Origin: a virus
Taxonomy: Duplodnaviria; Caudoviricetes
Virus record (IMG/VR): IMGVR_UViG_3300021082_000009
Span: 1 to 44,808 of that record
Strand: one strand, 5' to 3'
Length of the DNA stretch: 44,808 bases
Shown here: positions 17,844-26,000 of the stretch, piece by piece
How the letters are laid out: each line of letters begins with the position of its first letter
Position numbering within the stretch: the first letter of the stretch is position 1
Made by a program: the position numbers and the translations under genes
Notes under the pieces: model-generated
The model's database searches: none
Told to the model about the DNA's origin: nothing
Seen by the model: only the letters and a program-made list of their open reading frames with translations

Positions 17844-18251
17844 ATGGGCTTGTTGACCTTTAGCTCAAACATCGCAGACGCTGAAGCTCCACCGCAGTTA
17901 CCAGCGGGTGAGTACAAGGCTATCTGCACTGCTGCACAAGACAAGATCGCAGCATCATCTGGCAACCCTATGCTGACGCTCACCATGCAGGTGCCGCGTT
18001 CGGAGTTCCCTGCTGACTTCGACCCAGGTGACGGCGTTGATGAGTTGACGTTCACTCTCAATGTGGTTAGCAGAGACATCCCCGCTGATCGCTGGCGCAT
18101 GAAGAACACATGCAAGGCGTTCGGTGTGCCGATGTCCAACAACATCGACCCCAACGACTTCGTGGGCCGCGAGTGCCGTGCACGTGTTCGCATGGGTAAG
18201 GACTTGGAGAAGAACGACCGTGCAGAGATCGGTCAAGTGCTGCCACTCTAG
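17844..18251 (+). CDS. Probable single-stranded DNA-binding protein (DUF669-like)
   Basis: LPAGEYKAIC, SSGNPMLTL and DFVGRECRARV; follows the Sak4-like gene; RBS GAGGAG. Confidence 0.65.
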   Translation: MGLLTFSSNIADAEAPPQLPAGEYKAICTAAQDKIAASSGNPMLTLTMQVPRSEFPADFDPGDGVDELTFTLNVVSRDIPADRWRMKNTCKAFGVPMSNNIDPNDFVGRECRARVRMGKDLEKNDRAEIGQVLPL

Positions 18252-18352
18252 CACTTGCACACTGTATAACTGCTCGCTACACTACTGCTAGGTAGTGGCA
18301 ATAACGTCGCTGCCTAGCAGATCATCACAACTCTTACAAGAGGTATTCTGAT

Positions 18353-18652
18353 ATGGCTACACCAGCACGATCTACCGCTTCCTCTTCCTACTCTGGCAAC
18401 GCCGGTAAGAAGAACAAAGACCGCGCACCTCAGAAGCGCACGTTCCACTTCTTCATGCGTGTTGTTGACGAACAGGGCAACGTCATCCCCGGTGCGAAGT
18501 TGCAAGTTGATCGCATCATCAGCGATGCACGTAAGGTGATTGAGTTCATGGACACTCCTGACTACGCCAACCTCGGTCTGACCCGTGTCAAGCATGAGGT
18601 CATCGCTAACAAGCGTGGCGAGGAAAGCGATGGAGCTTCGTCTGTTGGCTAG
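18353..18652 (+). CDS. Hypothetical basic protein (99 aa)
   Basis: RBS AGAGGT; candidate upstream promoter TTGCAC-17-TACACT near 18255. Confidence 0.8.
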   Translation: MATPARSTASSSYSGNAGKKNKDRAPQKRTFHFFMRVVDEQGNVIPGAKLQVDRIISDARKVIEFMDTPDYANLGLTRVKHEVIANKRGEESDGASSVG

Positions 18653-18684
18653 TTCTACTCCTCTCAATAGCTGACAGCTAAGCA

Positions 18685-18724
18685 GCGCCGCGTACTCTAC
18701 CCCCATTGAGTGCGCGGCGTTTGT
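18685..18724 (+). terminator. Probable terminator
   Basis: GCGCCGCGTACTC/GAGTGCGCGGCGT stem followed by TTTGT. Confidence 0.6.
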
Positions 18725-18743
18725 ACTTGCACAGTGTATATAC

Positions 18744-18977
18744 ATGGAGACTACAATGCCTTTAGGTAATGATCGTGTACGTGTAAGCTTCAACCCGGAT
18801 GGCAACAGTTTGATTAATAAGATCAAGGGTGCAACTGCTGATCTGATTGACATATGCAATGCACAGAACGACACACACGATAACCCTGAAGAGGGCCGCT
18901 TGTGGTCGCTCGCGATGACACACTACGAGACAGCAGCTATGTGGGCTGTAAAGGCTGCGACTACACCTGACGTATAA
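18744..18977 (+). CDS. Small helical protein resembling the Acb2/Tad1 hairpin family (start may be ATG 18756)
   Basis: C-terminal GRLWSLAMTHYETAAMWAVKAAT resembles the RxxxxAxTxxExAxMW helix of Tad1-like proteins. Confidence 0.5.
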   Translation: METTMPLGNDRVRVSFNPDGNSLINKIKGATADLIDICNAQNDTHDNPEEGRLWSLAMTHYETAAMWAVKAATTPDV

Positions 18978-19027
18978 CTACTACTACAACTAGTAGCCGC
19001 GAAACATAGCGGTGTAGGAGAACATCA

Positions 19028-20368
19028 ATGCAATTAGACGCAGAGCAAATGCGTGCTGTAGACATGTGCGCTGATCGTACCAAGCGCCTCGTCGCTGTAA
19101 CAGGTGAAGCTGGTACAGGTAAGACTACAATCATCCAGCAGACATGTGCTAGACTAGCAGTAGAACATAAGTCATTCGCACTAGCTGCACCTACGGGTAA
19201 AGCCGCTCGACGTATACGTGAGGCCACAGGCTTACCAGCTACAACCATCCACAAGCTGCTCGCCTTCAACCGTCCTGAGATGGACGACGACACAGGTGAA
19301 GCTACATCAGTTAGCACACCATCATTCAACCGCCATCGTCAGCTTGAGTATGACGTGATCGTGGTTGATGAGTACGCAATGGTATCAACTGGTCTACACC
19401 GTGACCTCGTTGATGCTATAGGTACAGGTACACAGCTACGTGTGTTCGGTGACATACGTCAGTTACCACCCATTGAGAACGGTGCACTAGCTGATCCAAC
19501 GTCGCCGTTTGCTAAGTGTCTAGCGATGCCTAACACCGTTACACTACACAACATATACAGACAGGAGGAGGGCAATGGTATCATTGAAGCCGCTCGCCGC
19601 ATCAACAGAGGAGAGTTCTTCAGTGGTAATACCGATGTCAAACTACGGCTTAACGACGCGGTGTTATATAGCTTATACGATATGCTGGGAGACACAGACG
19701 TTGATTGGCGATCCCTTGATAATCAGATCATCTCACCTGCCCGCAAGTCTGATATCGGAACTGTTCGATTGAATGCGTCACTGCAAACCAAGTTCAACCC
19801 TGACATGCCTCACAAGCTGGAGCTACCACGCAACAAGTGGGAGATAAAGAACCGTTGCTTCGTCAGTGTAGGTGACAAGGTAGTGTGTAACACTAACTCA
19901 TATGACCTACGTGACTACGATGAACGCTACTCGGACTACGACCCTGATGGCATAGGTATACGTCATGCGTTCATACCAGCACCAGATACCAAACAGATGT
20001 TGAATGGTGAGGTAGGTATAGTCACAGACATAGACCCACTCGGTGTATTAGAGATCAACTTCGGTGATCGTGTAGTTGAACTGCCACCTACTGTCAGTGA
20101 CTACAACCAACGTCGTCAGTACTTCTACCACTTCGACCCACGCAAGGCGATTGAGTTGGCGTATGCGTTGACTACACACAAGTGTCAAGGCTCGCAGTAT
20201 GAGCGTGTGTGTTACATCATGGCATCGTGTGCGTTCTTCAACTTAAGTCGTCCTAACTTCTACACAGGCATCACACGTGCAATCAAACATGCAACCGTTG
20301 TAACAGATCAACGCAGCTTTGCTACGTCGCTGCGTAGCATGGGCTGGAAGCCGAAGGGGAAGAGGTGA
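19028..20368 (+). CDS. SF1B helicase, RecD/Dda-like
   Basis: GEAGTGKT, LAAPTGKAA, TIHKLL, VVDEYAM, GDIRQLPPI, IYRQ, YALTTHKCQGSQY and YTGITRA. Confidence 0.93.
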   Translation: MQLDAEQMRAVDMCADRTKRLVAVTGEAGTGKTTIIQQTCARLAVEHKSFALAAPTGKAARRIREATGLPATTIHKLLAFNRPEMDDDTGEATSVSTPSFNRHRQLEYDVIVVDEYAMVSTGLHRDLVDAIGTGTQLRVFGDIRQLPPIENGALADPTSPFAKCLAMPNTVTLHNIYRQEEGNGIIEAARRINRGEFFSGNTDVKLRLNDAVLYSLYDMLGDTDVDWRSLDNQIISPARKSDIGTVRLNASLQTKFNPDMPHKLELPRNKWEIKNRCFVSVGDKVVCNTNSYDLRDYDERYSDYDPDGIGIRHAFIPAPDTKQMLNGEVGIVTDIDPLGVLEINFGDRVVELPPTVSDYNQRRQYFYHFDPRKAIELAYALTTHKCQGSQYERVCYIMASCAFFNLSRPNFYTGITRAIKHATVVTDQRSFATSLRSMGWKPKGKR

Positions 20369-20553
20369 TGGGTATACGTCGTATACTTCCAATCGGTACA
20401 CACCTACGTCAGTGTATACTATGTGGCTACCCAATCGCTGCTATGAGTGATGAACCTACTGCACATGAACTCGCGTGTATTGAGGAGGTTGTGCATCAGT
20501 TCATCGACGCACACAGGGAGGAGAAGAAGGATGACGATCAACGAACTACGTGA
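20365..20553 (+). CDS. Small protein with CxxC...HxxxC, possibly Zn-binding
   Basis: Overlaps the helicase stop and the polymerase start. Confidence 0.5.
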   Translation: MMGIRRILPIGTHLRQCILCGYPIAAMSDEPTAHELACIEEVVHQFIDAHREEKKDDDQRTT

Positions 20554-23059
20554 GCGGTTCTCACAACAAGCACAGTCCGCGGGCTTAACAGTGGAGTGTG
20601 CAATGGGTGGTATAGTAGGTGCTACGCTGGCTGTGATCGCGGAGGCACCAGGACGCAATGAAGTAGCTCAAGGTCTACCACTCGTAGGTGGTGCTGGCAA
20701 CATTCTATGGAAAGCCATTCGTACTCATGCCCCGGAGGTAAAGCGACATGAATGCTACGTGACAAATGTAGTAAAGCGTCAGGTACAGTTCGGTGTAGAT
20801 GATACAGGCAACCGCAAGCCTGTGGGTAAGCATGAGTTAGTTGCATGGCAAGACCTATTGATGTGGGAGCTACGTCATCTACCCAACCTACAACACGTAC
20901 TCCTACTCGGCAACTACGCAGTCGAAGCTCTCTGTGGTAAGAAGGGTATCACGTCGTGGCGTGGTAGTGTACTTGAGACTAATGTTGGTAACCGTGACAT
21001 CACCGCTGTGTGTACATTCAACCCAGCATTCTGCGCTCGCGATCCTATGGCGCACATCATCTTCGACATGGATATAGGTGATAAGCTGCGTCCAGTTGTA
21101 CTAGGGAGCTACAAACCACATGAAGTCACTGTACGCATTAACCCTACCTATCATGAGGCAGTGGACTATATTAGCCATTGTAAAGCCTCACGTGATCCAG
21201 TCGCCAGCGACATTGAAGTCATCAGCAATGAGACAGCTTGCATCGGTCTTGCTGCCTCACCGCATGAAGCCATGTGCATTGCCTTCCGCAATGAGCAAAC
21301 CAACGTATACAGTGTGCAAGAGGAAGCAAAGCTACGCCGTAGTCTCCAACGCCTATACACTACACCTACTACAAAGATGGTGTGGCAGAATGGAGGATTT
21401 GACATGGCATGGCTATGGTTTAAGGATCGGATTCGTTGCAACCCGGCATACTCAGACACGATGCTTGCTCATCATGTGTTATACCCAACGATGCCACATG
21501 ACCTCGGTTTCATTGTCAAACAGTATACAACGCATCCCTTCTACAAGAATGAGAAGGACGAATGGAGACATACGGGTGGTATTGATAACTTCTGGCACTA
21601 TAATGGGAAGGACTGTGCGCTCACGCTTGCGGCAAACGCTCACATCGTTGCAGAACTGCGCGATCAGAAGCTAGACAAGTTCTACTTTGAACATGTCATG
21701 CGACTGCAGGCTCATCTAGTACGCATGACTGTGGGTGGTGTACTCAACGACATGGACCTACGCCGTCGTATGCTTGATCCCAATGTGAAGGGCAACCTAC
21801 ACGACGATGTACAACGCAAGCTGCAGAACTTCTACGACGCTGCTCGCATAGCTACACGCGAACCACACTACACACCTAATCCTAACTCACCGAAGCAGAT
21901 GGCCGAGCTATACTTCAGCAAGTTGAAGTTAGTAGGCAGAGGTACAAGTACAGATAGCACGAACAGAGAGCTAATGCGAAAGCACCCACGCACATCGCCT
22001 GAAGCGCGGGCGGTACTTGATGCAGTAGATGCATACATCGAGGACGATAAGTTTTATTCTGTGTATGCATCAGCTCAACCAGATGCTGACAATCGTATGC
22101 GTTGTGATTACAGACAGACAGGCGTACGCAGTGCACCAGGTCGCCTATCGTCTGCCCAGACGTTGTGGGGTTCGGGTGGTAATCTGCAAAACATTCCCGA
22201 CAGGGCGAAGGAAATGTTTATAGCGGACCCCGAGTGCTGCTTTATATACATTGACGGCAGTCAAGCCGAGGCACGTGTAGTCGGCTGGCGCTACAACATC
22301 GACACGTGGATTGCTCAATTTGAACGTGCGCGGCGTGATGGGAGCTACGACTGCCACCGCGCTCTCGCCAGTGACATGTTCAACGTACCGTATGCAGACG
22401 TTCCCACGTTCGACCGTTATCCCTTGGATGAAGCTGCCGCGTTGCGTGATGGCATCAACTTTAGCAGCGACCAAGCTGGCAAGCCCACCATCCGTTACAT
22501 TGCTAAGAGGTGTCGTCATGGGTTGAACTACCGTATGATGCCTGACCGTCTTGCACTCACGACAGGGTTGTCGTTAAGCACGGCGAGTGAGGCGTTTGTC
22601 AAGTATCACAAGTTGACGCCCGAACTGAAGAAGGGTTGGGAACTCGACTTGAACAGAGTGCGAACTGAGAAGGCGATATACAACGCATATGGTAGGAGAT
22701 ATGTTCAATTGATCCCTATCACAGAAGAGAGTACAGAAGCAATAGTTGCTTTCTATCCTCAGTCCACAATAGGCGACCACATATGTCGGGTAGTGTACAG
22801 AGCGCACGATGATCCAGCATGGCCCAAGACCAAGGCACGCATCGCGCTCAACACACATGATGGGTTGATAGGTATAGCACACAAGTCAGTAGCTAAAGCT
22901 GCACTACGTATACTTGTCAAACACGCAGAGGCACCACTGATGATAGGTGGTAAGCCCTTGATCATCCCTGCTGAGTGTGCTATGTCAGTGGCTGGCGACG
23001 ACGGTGTGCATCGTTGGTCAACCATTAAGAAGATGAAGCGTAGCGACTTACTCGCTTGA
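20531..23059 (+). CDS. polA: Family A DNA polymerase with N-terminal uracil-DNA-glycosylase-like domain and 3'-5' exonuclease
   Basis: UDG-like: AEAPGRNE..PLVGGAG, YVTNVVK, LLLGNYA, TFNPA. Exo: SDIE, QNGGFD, YNGKD. Pol: GRLSS, NLQNIP, DGSQAEAR, KRCRHGLNY, THDGL. Confidence 0.92.
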   Translation: MTINELRERFSQQAQSAGLTVECAMGGIVGATLAVIAEAPGRNEVAQGLPLVGGAGNILWKAIRTHAPEVKRHECYVTNVVKRQVQFGVDDTGNRKPVGKHELVAWQDLLMWELRHLPNLQHVLLLGNYAVEALCGKKGITSWRGSVLETNVGNRDITAVCTFNPAFCARDPMAHIIFDMDIGDKLRPVVLGSYKPHEVTVRINPTYHEAVDYISHCKASRDPVASDIEVISNETACIGLAASPHEAMCIAFRNEQTNVYSVQEEAKLRRSLQRLYTTPTTKMVWQNGGFDMAWLWFKDRIRCNPAYSDTMLAHHVLYPTMPHDLGFIVKQYTTHPFYKNEKDEWRHTGGIDNFWHYNGKDCALTLAANAHIVAELRDQKLDKFYFEHVMRLQAHLVRMTVGGVLNDMDLRRRMLDPNVKGNLHDDVQRKLQNFYDAARIATREPHYTPNPNSPKQMAELYFSKLKLVGRGTSTDSTNRELMRKHPRTSPEARAVLDAVDAYIEDDKFYSVYASAQPDADNRMRCDYRQTGVRSAPGRLSSAQTLWGSGGNLQNIPDRAKEMFIADPECCFIYIDGSQAEARVVGWRYNIDTWIAQFERARRDGSYDCHRALASDMFNVPYADVPTFDRYPLDEAAALRDGINFSSDQAGKPTIRYIAKRCRHGLNYRMMPDRLALTTGLSLSTASEAFVKYHKLTPELKKGWELDLNRVRTEKAIYNAYGRRYVQLIPITEESTEAIVAFYPQSTIGDHICRVVYRAHDDPAWPKTKARIALNTHDGLIGIAHKSVAKAALRILVKHAEAPLMIGGKPLIIPAECAMSVAGDDGVHRWSTIKKMKRSDLLA

Positions 23060-26000
23060 TGTATTGGCACCAGCCTGTGAGTAAGCTGCATCTGGCGAGG
23101 GGGAGCCAATACTCTCCCTTGCCATTTCATCCAGTGTAGCAACTGTGATCTTACGTCCATTCAATCGTGGTGCTAGATACGCACCGAACTTAGCAGCTAC
23201 ACGTTGCTCAAGATACTTGATAGCCATGTACTGCTGATCCATGTTGTCTTGTCGCTTCTGCACAATGATGTCGATCTTCTCCTTCTTCTCCTCCGCGGAC
23301 ATGTTGTAGTTAGAGTTGAGTGCGTTGATTGAGTTCTTATATATAGCGTCTTCCTTCTTCAGCTTACCGAGCGGACCAGTGGGGTTCTGATACTGTGCTA
23401 CAGCTTTCACGATCTGTATCATAGCAACATCAGTCAACGCCTCCTTAGGCATACCGCCAACCTGTTGCGCGTACTTAGCCTGCAGCTTCGCAGCCTTACC
23501 ATCAGCACCATCCTTCATACCTACCATCGACTGTATGTGTTGAGTGTTCTCATTCACATACTCCCACTTAGGCGTCATGACGCTACGCTTCTGCTGGCTA
23601 TCCCACAAGTTGCCTGTTAGTCCTATGACATCAGGCAGGTTCTTAGTAGCACGCTGAGCTACTACACCTAGAGCCTTACGCAAGCCGACGCCGAAGTCCT
23701 GGCTCTCACGTGGTGTAAGCTTGCCATCATCTCCCACTGGGTAGTACTTGCTAGCATGTAGAAACACGTCAGTACCTGCAGCTAGGTGTGCACCGAATGT
23801 ACCTAGCAACGCATTCAACACAAGCGACGTAGTGTTGCTGACCTGACCAAGGTTGCTCATGCTCTCCGCTTGTGGGCCACTGCGGAAGTTGGATGATATC
23901 TGTCTGACCAACTTGCCACCACGCATGTCAGATGACTGTGGATCAAGCTTCATACCGCTCTCACCGAGCAGTGCTTGTACTACAGGTGGCATAGCTGGCA
24001 CTAGGCTCATGGTGAATAGCTTGGGCCACTTGCTGCTGATAGGTTCAGGCGTCACGTTGTTAGGCAACATGCCCATCATCTGCATCACTGCACCTGTACC
24101 AGCGACCAAGCCAACTAGATCAGGTGGCAGCATGATGTCGTAGTACAGGTCACGGCTATAGTTGGGGTTCTCACCATTGAACCACGCAGTCAGCAGTTTA
24201 GGCGTAGGTATGCTGATGTACCTCCACAACTCATGATCAGGTCTATTCCAATACTCCTTCCTACTCTCCTCATTCCAGTACGTGCGCCAGTACATCGACT
24301 GACCCATGCCGTACATGGCGAGTGCAGCAGTAGGTAGCACGTACGTCATCGTGCTAGGGCTAGCCATGTTGCGTGTCAGTTCATACGCACCAAGCTTCGT
24401 CTGTGTCAGGTAAGGGAACATGCCTTCCAACTGACGCATGGCCTTGCTAGCTGGCACCTTATGCATGTTGCCACCTAAGAACCGCGTCTCACTGATCAAC
24501 CTATCAAGCTCAGCCTGCGGTATACCTCCTGGCGTATTACGATGAGTGCGACGTAGCAAGCCCATGTTCTCTGTATAGAACATGCGCTGCGGTGTGAGGT
24601 AGATCATGTCAGCTAGGTCTTTGTAGAACGACCACGCAGCCTTCAGTGGCTTAGGCATAGTCTCACTGATGGTGCCATACACACCGCGCACCTTCTCGAT
24701 GTTGTCAACTGCACCGAGGTTGTGACCTATGCCACGTGAGCGTAGCTGACCTAGTACACTATGCTCATGTACCCATGTAGCTAAGCTCGCAGCACTACGC
24801 ACCATGTTCTCATAGTTGCGCCTGCCCATTGTATATCTAAGAACTTGGAAGACGCTGTTGTGATTAGCCAGCGTATCAGCCATCGCACGTGAGAAGCGCA
24901 TGGCGAATAGGTCAGCGAAGTTGCGTGCTAGGTGCCACGGTATAGTAAGCAATGCAGTCGGGTCAGGTATACGTCCTAGTGTATGCTTAGCTACACCCGC
25001 TGGTAGCACATGTCGTAGTAGTGTAGAGGCAGGCCCAAACGCTCTATCATTGCGCTTGAGGAACATGTGCATGATCTGGTTGTACATTGCACCTATGGGT
25101 GGGAACAGTGGATTGCCGTAGCCTGTAGTGAGTTGCTTGAACAACTGCGTCGTCTTAGCTACACCCTTCATGACACCATCAAGGATGACAGGCTCTTGAC
25201 GCAGCATGGCAGCTATCGGCCTATCACCGAACTCCCATAGGCGTAGACTACCACCACTCCACTCAGGTACTACGTGTTGATCATTCAACCTCGCACGTAG
25301 CCACGGACCTACATCATGTGCGGAGTTCAACTGTGCACGTGAGAACCATGTCTGATTGCCAGCACCTACCACCTCACGCATGTGGCCGTTGGTGTAGAAG
25401 TCAGTAGGTATAGTCCTCGCTGCATCCATGTGTGAGTACCTACGGATGAACTCATTACGCATAGTTGTATGCGCCGTCTCACGTAGGTGGTTCTGTAAGA
25501 AGCCACGTATAGAGCCTTGGCTATGCAGCAACGACGTGATGCGTAGATCATCACCTGTTCGCCCTGCCTCTGGTATATAGCGACCGAGTTGATCAATGCT
25601 CCCTTCACGTGCTACAGTAGTATCACCTCTAGCATCAACCTTCCTATCACTGTTACGCACAGTCTTCACCACTGCGCGCCACATACGCTGTATACCTACG
25701 GCACCCTCAAGTGGATCATGCAACGCTGGTGTGTAGTATGGATTAGCACGATGCTCAGCGGCAGCATCAGCAGCGTTCATCCGCCCTGCTGCAACATCAT
25801 GATCACGCCACGCTTGATTGAGCCTACTAAGCGCGGCCTTATGCGCCATTGCCTCAGGTGACGTATCACGTATGTATGCGTTCGCTGTGCTGAACACGTC
25901 GTTCATGGGTGTACGCGGCAGCATCATACGTGCATCAGGGTCATCCCTAGCCACACGTGCTAGATCATTCTGCAACGCAGCTATACGATTGTTCGCAGCG

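Noticed and set aside
20447-20530. N-terminal extension of the polymerase in the ORF track (similar extensions at 16939, 17748, 39088, 42301 and 33721)
   Set aside because: Better RBS or overlap-coupled starts lie downstream; the extensions cross promoters, hairpins or other genes.
20531-23059. Modified-base (Z, dU or hmU) genome inferred from the odd polymerase
   Set aside because: No PurZ, dCMP deaminase, thymidylate-synthase-like or nucleotide hydrolase genes were recognised, so it is unsupported from sequence alone.
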